A stretch of DNA of 64,000 bases from Takakia lepidozioides. Lineage: Eukaryota > Plantae > Bryophyta. The notes below the pieces were generated by a model. That model was given only the letters and a program-made list of their open reading frames with translations, was not told the origin of the DNA and searched no databases. This document shows positions 49,885 to 62,399 of the stretch, piece after piece (the stretch's first letter is position 1; the number at the start of each line of letters is the position of its first letter). A program made the translations under genes and the position numbers. The DNA lies in the NCBI GenBank assembly GCA_030704615.1, contig CM060731.1:81282001-81346000 (forward strand), in the 5' to 3' direction.

Positions 49885-50499
49885 TCTACAAGGTAACCGG
49901 GTAGAGAACCTGTTGCGGCTAATGGTTCAAGCAGGAATAATAAGTTTCTAACGTAGACCTGTACCTGCACCTGCATCCACCGCAAGCATTCCTATGGTCT
50001 GCTGGTCATCAACCTAGCCTCACCATTAGAGAACAATGATGGTCTGACTGGTTATCACCCCAGCCTCACCATCGACAGCACGCTCTAGGATTGACCGGTG
50101 ATAAAATCCGGACCAACCTCCTATGAAAACAAGCGCCCACACAAAACCAAACATGGCGCACAGTCAAGCATGCATGTGTGGAGGGGATCCAAGCACAAGG
50201 AAATCAAAACAATAACTCCCCCACACCAAAAACACTCCACAGTGTCGCTCCTGCAAGACACCCCAGCCCAAACCCGGACTGACTCTTGCCTCCACCTACG
50301 GAAAGGTTTTGGCCTACAGAGAGGGTGGAAGACTACAAGGAAGAGAGACTAAAGCAATTCCTATCACAACATGCTCTCATCCCACTACCCTATCTCCACA
50401 CTCTCTTGCTTAAGCAATAGACAAGACCTTTCAAGGATCTCTCAAATAACTCTCTAAGATCCCTCAAGATGTCTCTCAAACAATTTCACTAAGACTCCC

Positions 50500-51130
50500 A
50501 AAGCTTGGACAATGGTACTCCAAACAGTACACCAAGGCCCCAAGAGCCTGCCAAATCTCGACCCTCAAGGACCCCAAATAGTCCTTCAACAAGTCGCCAA
50601 AGACTCCTCAAGCTCGCCAAATATCGGCCTCCAAGGACCCCAAACAGCCCTCCAAACAGCCTTCCAAAGGCTCCAAAAACTTGCCAAATATTGGCCTTCA
50701 AAGACCCCAAATGGTCCTCCACATAGCCTTCCAAAGGCTCCAAAAACTTGCCAAAAACTTGGCCTTCAAAGACCCCAAATGGTCCTCCACATAGCCTTCC
50801 AAGGCTCCAAAAGCTTGCCAAAACTTGGCCTTCAAGGACCGCAAATATGCCTCCAAATAGTCATCCAAATACTTCTTCAAGAGCTCTTCAAAGTGTCTTC
50901 CAAAAGCTCCTTAGAGTGTCTTCCAAAAGCTCCCCAAAGGACCCCAAAGATCCCCCAAACAATCCTCCAAAAGGCCCTTGAAAATCCTCCAAAAGCCCTA
51001 TATTGTCTTTATATGTCACTATGTTCCCAGCCTATAGTGACCGTTCCCACACCTTGGTGACTGTTCCCAGACTACAGTGACGGTTCCCAGACTACGGTGA
51101 CCGTTCCCACACTTTGGTGACTGTTCCCAT
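50500..51130. repeat. degenerate ~70-bp and ~20-bp tandem repeats in the copy 3 leader
   Basis: Repeated ccttccaaaggctccaaaaacttgccaaa...ggccttcaaagaccccaaa and gtgac(c/t)gttccca units. Confidence 0.8.
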
Positions 51131-52536
51131 GAACCTAGGGTTTCATGTGCATCTCATGCTAGGGTTTGTGCATTCCAAGCTAGGGTTTGGGCTTCCTTGA
51201 GCTTCATGCTTGCTCTCCTCAAGCATCCATGACTTCTGTGAGATACCAAGACAACTACCTTGATCTTCTTCACCTCAAGCCACAACCAAGCTTGATTCCA
51301 TCTCACCTAGCAATGCATTTGCTACACAGAGGGTTTGCTTGATAGCCACGTCATTGGTATGCTGCACGGTCTGCTACAGAGGCAATTCTCTTTGGAGCTT
51401 AAGAATCAAGCTTTTTATCTCATTTGACAAGCAACCAAGTCTTGCACTCATTCATGTGCTCTCCTTTGGCCATCCACACACATGCTCCATTCTTGGCTTC
51501 TATGTGTTGCTTCTCCAAGCATCAATACATCTCCATCTCATGCAAAGAGGAAGATTCAACTCCCTTCACTTACTAGCTCAAGAGTCGTGCTCTCCTCAAG
51601 CTTAAGGTTGAAACCCCAACTCAAACATGTGCTCTACAAGTGTTTTTCCTTCACCTAAGTGGAAATCAACCCTTTTCCTTTCTTCTTGCTCTCCAAGGCT
51701 TGAAAATAGAAGCCTCAATGGGCTGAAAACATGCTCCACATAAGCATCACCTCATACACAAAAGAATGACTTGTTCCATTCACCTTCTAGCTCTCCTCAA
51801 GCTTGAAGTTCGAAGCCGCACTTGGAAAGCATGCTCCACACATGCGCCACTTACTTCACCAAGAGCAATCCAAGAACTCATAGACTAGCAAAAGCACTCA
51901 TTTCTAGCGCCTTAGCTTGCTTGTTTGTCAACCAAAGAACCCCACTTGGCTTCATTTCACCATGGATAAAACAACCACTTCTTAGCTTCTCTTGAGCTAC
52001 TCAATGCTCCTCAAGCTATCCTTGTTGTACTCCTTCTATGGTGTTTCTAACCCAAGCATGTGCCGCTCTTTGGCTTCTCTTTCACACCATGAACAACTAG
52101 AGCTTGCTCTTGAAACCCTAGTGTCTATCTTCTCCACACACAAGACGCTTCTCTTGTAATGCAAGAGCTCTTTTCCAAGCTCTCAAACCCTTGGTGCACA
52201 ATAATGCTTCTACAAACCCTCAATGCATTCTTTTCACCATAGAAGCCACTTCTTTGGCAAATGGTTGTCACAACACTTGATATAAGAGATGACGCTCCTT
52301 CTTCTCAAACTTTCAAACCTTTTGCTTCCACACACACAAGACTTTCTCCCTGCAATACTTGCAAAGTCTTGTAACTCAAGAGCTCTCTCCTTGAGCTCTC
52401 CACCTCCTTGATGCAATGCAAACACACTCTCCCTTGCAACACCTTGCAAGCCTTGTGAGATACCTGAGCTTTCCCCAACTCTCTCATTCCTTGGTGTGCA
52501 AAACTATCCTTACACTCCGCACTCACAAACATAAGG

Positions 52537-52893
52537 TCATCTTCTTGTAGTGATAATGAAAGTAAACATAATGGAAACCCTCCACTCATGAATCCACTCA
52601 ATCACATAAACTAAGTCAAGCCAAGGGCACCCTTGCTAAGGGAATCCACCCTACAAAGCCCCCACCACACTCCCTCTCAATACCTAGAGCTATGGAGGTG
52701 AGAGATGCTCATGGAGGCTCAACTACAAGAAGATGAGCCTCCTCCATCCTAAATTCTATCCCCATGTCCCAAGTGAGGCTCGACACCTCACTTGGCATGT
52801 GAGACAACACACAAAATATAAATATAAATATTTAAAATGTCATAGTTAACTAGAAGTAGGTAATTCTAGATAACCATGACTAAAACCATGACA
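52537..52893 (-). repeat. 5' terminal repeat B (52551-52893) plus self-complementary PBS (52537-52550)
   Basis: Matches 35689-36053. 52537-52550 is the exact reverse complement of 52723-52736. Confidence 0.9.
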
Positions 52894-53593
52894 TAAGCTT
52901 GTTTTTTTGGGGGGTCTTCAGCTTATCCAAACCGGGCATGGATGCACCAGTGCAAGCACAGGCATATGAAAGACCGGTGGGGCTTGGGTAGTGACATCAA
53001 GACTGGGTCCAGCCACATGATCTAACCACCTTCTCAGGATGTGGTTGAGAGGAGACTTCTGCCCATTCCAGGCAGAGGAGATCTGACCCTCCAAACCCAT
53101 CGGATTTTCTGTGTAAAACCTGAAATTTCCGACCAGTCTTACCCCACATACTCGCAATTGGAAATTTGTAGGTTCCTTGGATTTAGCCTGTAGCAAAAAT
53201 GATAGTGAAGTTTTGGGCTGCCCATCCTTGACTCACCTTTGGCAAACCTTCCAAATGGCACTACAAAAGAGGTATAAGACAAACAACTCTGCAACCTCTG
53301 AAAATTTGTGAGAACGTGGGTTATTTGGTGAAGACTGTTCTCCCAAAACTAGTGAATTGGCCTTGTAGTTTAGGAATTGCGATAAGAAAACTGGAATTTT
53401 TGCCCCCCAAAAGACTACTGGGGAAAGATGGGTGAACAGAGGTGCAGGTACTATCTGCATAATATAAGATTACCCCGGGCTTTGTATCAGAACATGGATA
53501 GGTCTTCAGGCTGCCCGCACAAAGGCCATTGATTATCTCCATTTCCTCTCATTTGCATTTTGTTCAAAAATAGACTTCCTGCCCTGGGTTTAA

Positions 53594-55206
53594 CCCTTAA
53601 CTTCCATGCGACCCAAAACAAGTGGTTGCATGTATGAAATGAGCATGTAACTTTTGCAGATTTTAAATTTTTAGGTTTGTTTCTTCTGCAATTATATTTC
53701 TGACGGGATGGCCCACTGTCTCATATTGAATGCCTTTGAATTATGGTAAATTCAGCGACCTGCAAGAATTTAGGAAAATGAGGGGGTCATCCATTTTCCT
53801 CATGGAGAGCAGAGTTGACCATCTACGTGGCCCCCTCCCATTGGGGCATGCAGAGTGGTGTACGTAATTCGCAGCCTGATGGGCCCAAAACTTGCTGGTC
53901 CATTAGGGCCAGATTTTTCCTTATTTCACCGGTGGATTTTCCAGAAAATTGGGCATGCAAAGGTGGATGCGTTGCCGAAGCAAGCGTAACTTATGGTGTC
54001 ACTTGACCCCATAGGGCTACTGCCTTCCGGTGGGAAGGTGGACACCGTAATGACTTCCAACAGGTGGATTGAACCCACAACCACTCGTGCACTGGGCTAC
54101 ATGCTGGTTGTCTAAACCAGCATGCGTGCTCTATGGAGTGCACATGTCACCGGTGTGATTTCTAGATCATATTTTGTTTTTGGACCTCAATTTGGTGTAT
54201 ACCCATTTTTGAGGTTGGCTTTTGAACCCCCCCCCCCCAACTTCATGTATAAAGGGGCATTCAGGAAATTTGGGAATTTGGCCTCCAAATTTGCTGGAGA
54301 CCCCTGCAACAAGTTTGAAAATGTGGATATGAGTAAAGACAATAGGAATAATGTAAGAACTTAATGGACGCGTGTGATCTGACAGTACTTTCGCTGAATT
54401 CCGGCAATCTGGGCTCCTACGGCGGGGCCCCTGTCAAATCCTCCCCACCCCCTATTACCTCGGTTTCACTATTTAAATACTTATGAATCTGAGTGGGTTG
54501 CAAGCTGTGGTGGGTAGCGTGATGGTAAGGTGATAGCAATGGAGGTGGCGAGGTTACGGATTCAATTTGTGATGGTAGGCTCTGGCAGTGTAACCCCAGT
54601 TGATGTAACCCTCCACTTGGTGTAACCTTGGTCGATGTAACCCTCCACCTCTGAAACCCCGATTTCTCATGTAACTCTGGTTGGTCCATTTTATACTTAA
54701 CCACATTTGGACTTAGTCAAATTTCGAGACCAAGTGTGGGTTACACCGATTGGAGTTACACTCCATTATGTGTAACCCCGAGTGGAGTTACACACCTCGT
54801 CATGTAACCCAGTATAACCCCGACCTGAGTTGACACTGTTTCAGTTCCATGTCAATCTCAAGAGAGGGTGGGGAAGATTTGACATGCCAGAAACCGGCAC
54901 ACCATCCTGTCAGAGGTTGCACTTGTGCATTAAGTTCTTACATTATTCCTATTATCTTCCCTACTTTCATAGGCAGCAAAAATCAACTCGTCAGTTCATT
55001 TCTCCGGTCAAATCCAAAACTGGTTCTCAAAAACTTGGAAAAAAACTTCTCTTGCACTAAAGCATTATAATCTTGACAAATCTACGGTGAATTTCACTTG
55101 AATTTCACTTTTCTAGATGTAAATAGGTAGGTAGATAGACTCAATTTACTATGTAGAGATAAGTAAATTTTGGTTTGAAAAAAAGCTACCTGTAGGAAGT
55201 TAAGGG
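53594..55206. mobile_element. non-autonomous piggyBac-like element
   Basis: TTAA|CCCTTAACTTCC ... GGAAGTTAAGGG|TTAA. No transposase inside. Confidence 0.6.
54432..54884. mobile_element. small TIR element (TGTCAAATC...GATTTGACA) with internal GTAAC/GTTAC motifs
   Basis: 19-bp inverted repeat with one mismatch. No clear TSD. Confidence 0.5.
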
Positions 55207-56240
55207 TTAAATTTCAGTCTAGTGCCAAAGTGTATAGGCTCGCCCGCATCACAAACTGGAAATAACTTCAGGGAAGTGTTTTGCCTAACTTTCATGGAAG
55301 AAGAGAGGGAATGGCTGCTTCCTGTGAACAAGTGAGGTCCTGATGCGAGATGCACTCATGCTCATCAGTGGTGATGGAGCGCTTCCCCCAAAACAAATCT
55401 GGAGGACAGGGAGAGCAAGAGAAGAGCACTCATAACCACTTTCTTTGAAGAGAGGATGAGAGGTGTAAATCATATGCCGCCGATCATTCCTTTGACAATA
55501 GACAGGTGGAGAAATGGAAACATCAACTGTCAGAATAGGTCTGAATGCTCATACATAGTTAAGCAAAAAATAAGCCTCTAGTATCACTTCAAGGATGAGA
55601 GATTCTGAACTTGTAACGCTACCACGGCAAGTGAGAGAGCCCATATCATTAGGAAGGGATAAGGGCAGGGGCCCTTTACAATACTCAAGGGTCCTGTTCT
55701 GGACTGCTGTGTCAAACTTCAGCCCAAACAGCTGGTGAGTGGGTGGCTCCATGAAATGTCACTCACAAAGTGCATGTCATACCATCATTAAAGCCTAGTG
55801 CAAAAGTGGCCACACTCTCACAAGGAGCACACTAAATGGACATGAAACCAAGTGCCCAAGGTTTTCACATCATCAACAACCAACAGGCTGTTTAAGTACA
55901 ATTTACCATTTTCCAGTCTCAAAACCTTCAAGGGGTTTCGCTTTTGAGTTGTGATGAGATACTGCATACAATAATATGTTGGGGCGGACACTGGAACAAA
56001 ACTTGTAGTAAATACTCTTACCTCGTCATCGAGAGGCAACTGTATGACTAAGGCTTCAAAAATCTCAGGCAGCCCACCCATCCCCACTTGCTGCATACAT
56101 ACTTTTTACGCACAAGTGGATCTAAGAGACAGGCACCATTTATACTGAAAAGATTGAGTTCTTACTGATCCAATGCTCAAATAAAGATATCCTACTCTTC
56201 ACTCAGCCCTTGCCCTAGAGTGAATCTTTACTACATCTGT

Positions 56241-58396
56241 TTACATGGTCATACCCGGTACTTGAGGGACCATGGGTGCCTTCTTCTTGGCCTTTTCAAC
56301 CACAATAGCTTGTGTTGTGAGGACCATGCCTGCCACTGAGGAAGCATTCTGAAGGGCACACCTGGTTACCTTGGCGGGGTCAATAACACCAGACTCCAGA
56401 AGATTCTCATACCTATCTTCCATGGCATTGTACCCTATCTCCCACTCACTTTCCAAAATCTTCTCCACGACCACCGCACCTTCCACACCGGCGTTATTTG
56501 CTATCAAGGCTGCTGGGGCCAAAAGAGCCTGTATCCATGAAACGAATGGGATACTACAGTAAGAAAAATTGGAGTATGAGCTCAATGACCGAGTCTTGCA
56601 ATCTTTAGTACCAACCCCCAATAAAAGACACGTTGTTAAAGCAGAGGCCATCAGCCATGCTTAACTGATTTCCAAGACAAACCATAATTCAATTCACAGG
56701 AGTAGTCTTGGGTTGAAGCATAACTGACCTTCTGCACAATGTCAGCTCCCAGCTTCTCTTCAGAATCCTGAATGGTATCCTTGATTGCAGGCACAAAGGA
56801 TGACAGGTGGACAAATGCAGCACCACCACCAGGCACAATACCCTCTTCAATAGCTGCAAATGTGGCATTCTTGGCATCCTCTATCCTCAACTTCCGGTCC
56901 TCTAGTTCTGTCTCTGTTGCAGCTCCGACCTGCGCTACTTCAACATAAAACCTTACAACCTTGGAAAACTTTTACAATATGTCACCTTTCACTGCACTTA
57001 GAGAACAAAAGAAAGCAGAGCCATAGTTTCCACAAGAACTCCACCAAACTAACCTGGCCAGGGAAGGCAAGACCCAACCAGAGTAACTCTCTATATTACT
57101 GAAGACAATTAGTGACTATTTCGCACATCGGAACATAGCCCAATAAGGGACATTTGGACTCAAAGACGTGCCCATCTCTCCTAGACATTTGAGCCAGTGA
57201 GGATCACTAGCACATAATCAGACAGACAATTTCACTAAACGACAGCAAAGCTTGCTGACCCTTGGAGTTACAGATCTCTCCACTTAGCCTTTACAAATAA
57301 TTACCTTGATAACAGCCACACCTCCTGACAACTTGGCGATACGCTCAGACAACTTTTCAGTATCATAGACAGAGTCTGTCTCAGTCAGTTCTTTCTTGAT
57401 CTGAGCAATGCGAGCCTGGATTTCATCCTTGGTAGCCATATCAGCAATGATGGTGGTGGAACTGTTGGTGATAATTACTTTTCTAGCAACACCTAGCTGT
57501 TCGACTGTTGCAGTCTCAGTCTTCAAGCCCAGGTCACTGGCCAAGAACTCAGCACCTGCAATCATTCAAAGGCACCTTAGAGAGAGAAGACAACGGAGAG
57601 CAACCACGGAAAAGAGCCACTTACATCACACAAGAACTCTGGAGGCCAGAGGCCCTGTGAAAACTTTCAAGAGTGGGCAAATGCCCCTTCACTATATATC
57701 TACGTAGAACTCCAGGCTAACAATTGCAAGGTACGACATTGAAGGACTTAAATGTTGTGTCCTTGCATTCTCTAAGTCCAATCTACTTTTGCATGAATCA
57801 GACATTTGTCCATCTGAGCAAGCATGACAGAGTGCAACATCTAAAGCCATAGGAACAAGTACCTGTAAGGATAGCAATATCCTGGAGGAGGGCCTTGCGG
57901 CGCTCCCCAAAACCTGGAGCCTTGATGGCAGCCACTTTCAGTACACCCCGCAGTTTGTTCACAACTAGTGTAGCCAGTGCTTCTCCAGATACATCCTCAG
58001 CAATGATGAGAAGAGGTACACTCAATTGTGTTGTTTTCTCTAGCACAGGGATAATGTCTTTGATGGTTGTGATCTTCTGATCAGTCACCAGAACCCTGAC
58101 ATTCTCAAATTCTACCAACAGCTTCTCCTGGTTGGTCACAAATTGAGGTGAAATGTAGCCCCTATCAATCTGCACCATGCATTCACCAAGTCAGCTCCAT
58201 GCCTTCTGAACATGCTGTAGTTCACATCTGCCCGTCTTCCAATAGCAATGGACACCACAAATAGCCTATCTTGATGCATTGGCTCCAACAACCAATCACC
58301 CATTACTTCAGTGTTCCACGCCGTCGTTGAGTGTGGTCTACTGGAATAATTGGTGGTCTAATGTAGGACACCAAGGTGGAGCGTTTGACTGAGTTC

Positions 58397-58428
<32 letters not shown>

Positions 58429-61400
58429 TGGCTATTCAACTGAAATAGTCAAGGACAATGGCAGCAACCAAAATGTTGTGCGTACCTCCATTCCCTCTTC
58501 AACATCAACTGTAGTCTCAAATGAAGAAGAAGATTCGATGGACAGAACGCCATCAGGCCCAACCTTGTCGATGGCATCAGCAATCATGGTGCCCACAAAA
58601 TCATCGTTTCCGGCTGAGATTGATGCCACAGCTGCACAAGGAAATTGCATGTTTCTTTGGAATGCTTGACACTCAAATACGCAGCTAGTTTTTAACACCT
58701 AGATATCAGCCCTCTACTCTGGCTAGAAAATTACCAACACAGTCTATTTGCATTGCTTGAACACAAATAACCGTGAAAAACAAACCTTTTCAAACCACTG
58801 GCCCATATTTGCAAATGCTTCTGAATAGGAAGCTCCAATCCAATGCTCAAACACTATATTATGACAATCCCCACTAAGAGTGTTAGTCTGAACAATATAA
58901 TTGTACAGAATAGTATGCTCCCTCTCCAATGCACTGTTCCATATAAGGTTTTCCCTAGTAAATGATATTGCTTTTCCATGATTCCCCTGGGAGTTGACCT
59001 GAGCTCACCTTTAATATCCTCCCGTCCTTGCACAGGGCGAGCCTTCTTCTTCAACTCCTCAATGAGGCCTATAACAGTCTTATCAATTCCCTTTTTCACA
59101 GCTACAGGGTTGGCACCGGAAGTGACATTCAGAAGCCCCAGCTTTATCAACTCTCTTGCTAGGACACAGGCTGTGGTTGTCCCATCACCTGCAGAGTCAT
59201 TTGTCTTGCTGGCCACCTGCACATATCCATCCTTAAGACAATGGCAGAACGTCCTGGCAATGAGCCTTACACAACTATGACATGATCAGATCTATGGGCC
59301 TCAAGCCTCTGCGAGTAACCTCGTCCTGAGGCTGGTGTAGAATGAGACCCCACAGGGTCACTTATCAGTTGTGCCATTCACTAGTGAACGTCACACTGAA
59401 GGATGTTCACATCAACAACTGTATGCTGGAATGCAATAGTAAAGATGTTTATCCTAAAAGTTGTGACCAAGCAAAGAGTAAAATAAGCACATGTAGCCAA
59501 AATGCTTCTCAATATATGCTCACTGCTGCCTCTGCGAGTAACCTCATCCTGAGGCTGGTGTAGAATGAGACCCCACAGGGTCACTTATCAGTTGTGCCAT
59601 TCACTAGTGAGCGTCACACTGAAGGATGTTCACATCAACAACTGTATGCTGGAATGCAATAGTAAAGATGTTATCCTAAAAAGTTGTGACCAAGCAAAGA
59701 GTAAAATAAGCACATGTAGCCAAAATGCTTCTCAATATATGCTCACTGCTGCACCACTAACTATGAAACACTTCAAGTTCAGTAGCTCACCTCTCGAATA
59801 AGAGCTGCCCCAGCATTCTCCATGGCATCAGGCAACTCAATAGCACGGGCAATTGTGACACCGTCATTTATCACTTTGGGGGTACCAAACTCATCCAGCA
59901 CCACATTGCGACCTGCACAAAAGAACCGCATTTTTGGTCACCTACCTCATTAAGTCCGTGGCTTGTTAGCCATTGCAAGTACAACTCCTTGAGTTTCCCA
60001 CAATGCCACCTAAACCAATGACAGACTCTTATGAAATAGTACAAACACTGGAAAAATCCTTACCGGTTTGAGGATGTACAATGACATAAAACCAACCAAG
60101 CACATGAACGAATCAAAAACTGCATGCAATGCTATTGACCTACAATAGACAGAACAACATCCAGACCATACGGGGCCCAAGAAAATAACCCACAAGATTC
60201 CTTTACACTAACTCCAGCTTGTGCAATGCAGGGCAAGGAATCCTTCATTTTCATCCAAGGTAGCTAAGCGATAAATGAGAAAGTCCCATATTATTATATT
60301 ATTACATGAAAAAAAGTCATATTTGAAAACCCTAGGCTTGTGAAATTGTTAAATATCCCCTCTGTGGACGGCAACATTATCAACAGTAGACAGGACACAT
60401 TTAGCTCACCTCGAGGGCCGAGTGTGACACCCACAGCATCTGTCAATTTGTCAATTCCTGCTTGAAGGGCTGCCCGTGACTTCTGGTCAAAAAGGATGTC
60501 CTTGGCATCTGCACGCACCAGAACTCTTCCTTTGTTTACCCTACGTCCTGCAACCTGGCTTTGCGCCTGGCTGAAAAGCTGATTTCGTCCTCCCCAGAAT
60601 CCAGTCACACTCTTGCCTACCTTCAGCTGTATGCACATTCCCCACAAAGAAACTTGTGACATGAAATTATACACCACCACACACCCTCAATATAGCTTTT
60701 CTCAATAACAGGGAAAATTTTATATTGGGAAGGTTCCGAGGGATACCAACTTTTTGAGTGTGAATGATAGAGATTTGACAGTCCTGTGAGGCTGAATTTG
60801 GTGCTATTACTAAATCCCAGTATGTGGTATGGTTACCTCCCCTGGTTAGGTAGTGGTCACATTCACCCCGAAACTTCGAGAAACCTCTAACCTTTTAAGC
60901 ATGTAATTAAATCTGAAACAAGCGCAATGTCCGTACTTCTTATAAACCCACAATATCAAAGTACCCCCGGTGACCTTCACGTCACATAATGGAGCTGCAT
61001 ATGTAGGACAAGGGCAATGCTATGATTTCTAACACACAAACGAAGCATAGGAGATAGATTAAATTATTAAAGCTGCTTTGGAGCAGGGAGCAGCTACACG
61101 GCGCTAACGAACATGAATTTGGCAACCACCTATTGGGCCTTAGATTCTCAACAAATAATTGCAATCCACTTTTCTTCCTCGAGGAAAAAGAGGAATAAAA
61201 CCTAAAAAAATTTAGGATTTAGGGCAAACCACTACGAAAACAATGAACATGCAACCGACGGATGCCGAATCAGCATGCAGAAGTACAACCGAAAGTGCCA
61301 CACAGAAAACTGTAGCAACACTAGTAAGACACGGGACACAAACAGCGGACGCCGCAGAAGTAACACAGAAACTCACAGAAGATGAGGCGGCACAGCATGA

Positions 61401-61460
61401 AGGCACAGCATGGGATGGAGAAGCTAGCGCGCCATTTGCCAGCATTGCATTCGCCGCCAT
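56241..61460 (-). CDS. CPN60A: plastid chaperonin-60 alpha subunit (RuBisCO-binding protein alpha), 9 exons: 61460-61378, 60626-60410, 59912-59791, 59216-59009, 58631-58486, 58169-57863, 57555-57305, 56929-56729, 56528-56241
   Basis: Transit-peptide-like N-terminus. [67 protein letters not shown] introns throughout. Confidence 0.95.
58365..58433 (+). pseudogene. short SSU rRNA 3'-end fragment (mitochondrial/alphaproteobacterial type) in a CPN60A intron
   Basis: AAGTCGTAACAAGGTAGCCGTAGGGGAACCTGTGGCT at ~58397-58433. Confidence 0.7.
59305..59751. repeat. near-perfect ~223-bp tandem duplication in CPN60A intron 3
   Basis: gcctctgcgagtaacctc...gctcactgctg occurs twice head-to-tail. Confidence 0.93.
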
Positions 61461-62399
61461 AACTGCTGCTCTACCTCTGCTCCAAACTCCGAAGCCAAAC
61501 CCTCAACAGAACAAATCGCTCACTCTGCCACTCAAAAATCTCCGCAGCTTCAAACAGAGAGCAACTTCTCAAACCCAAACACCTGCTTCCCTCCCCCGCA
61601 ATCACTCTTCCGCCCGCGTCTCTCTCGCTCTCAAATCCACACACAACTTTCGACAAGGACCTCTCTCGATCCCAAGACGGCTCTCTGTCCACCATCCATG
61701 CAACCCCCACCGGCAATAACCGGTCGCTATGCCAGTTACCGGTCGCTAAAACGCCTGCAATCAGAGGTGACCGGCGGTCGGGGGTAGATCGTTAGCAAAC
61801 ATGACCCTAAAACCCTGCCACGGTGGGGTCTAGGCTCCAACAACTATTATCATCCGACCTCGTTCGTTCAAAATGGACGAAGGGATATTTTCGTTGCTTC
61901 TCCAGATTTCGTTGGATGCTGCGCTTAGTCCTGACGGACGATACACGCCCTCCCGCGTTGGATGGACGAGCATCCGCTAGCCTTCGACGTTGTTTGCTGT
62001 AGCCTTGTGTGTGTGTGTGTGTGAGTGAGAGAGAGAAGAGAGAGAGGACGGTGCAGTGTTCAGCAGCCATGGCTCTTCTGCCAGGCCTCATGTTCCCCCA
62101 AACTGAGATTCGTCATTGTCTCTTACGATCAAATGAAGCTAGGGATGGATCAGATTATCAAAGCTGCTCTGGAGCAGCTACACAGCAGAAATCTCGAGGA
62201 ACATGAATTTGGCATCAATGTTTTGGCATGAACAGAGATACAACTTCCGAAACCCAGAACCTCCTCCAGTTGTGCCTTGTATTCTCACACACAGATCAAC
62301 ACACCTAAGCTAGTGTCTGTGCATCAGAGCCAGGCCTTATGAGAACCGAGACTGATGTGCATCATTGTCTCTTACTCCTTGCTACAAATGCACAAGATT

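Larger units (their letters stand above)
35603..52893 (-). mobile_element. DNMT/PHD-carrying gypsy-like retroelement, copy 3, both ends present, internally deleted; hosts a nested LTR element
   Basis: Plus-strand ends TGTCGTG...CATGACA. Flanks gaag/taag (imperfect target duplication) restore the empty site. Contains zinc knuckles, protease, DNMT, RT N-terminus and PHD finger. Confidence 0.9.

Noticed and set aside
50489-51060. ORFs in the copy 3 leader
   Set aside because: They are low-complexity translations of tandem repeats.
35603-52893. DIRS/Ngaro tyrosine-recombinase element
   Set aside because: No recombinase motif was seen. The aspartic protease, gypsy-type RT start, TG...CA ends and apparent short TSD argue for an integrase element, although the integrase core is deleted here.
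58365-58433. Functional rRNA gene
   Set aside because: The match is under 70 bp and intronic.
61243-61719. 158-aa + strand ORF
   Set aside because: It is antisense to CPN60A exon 1 and its UTR, with no motif.
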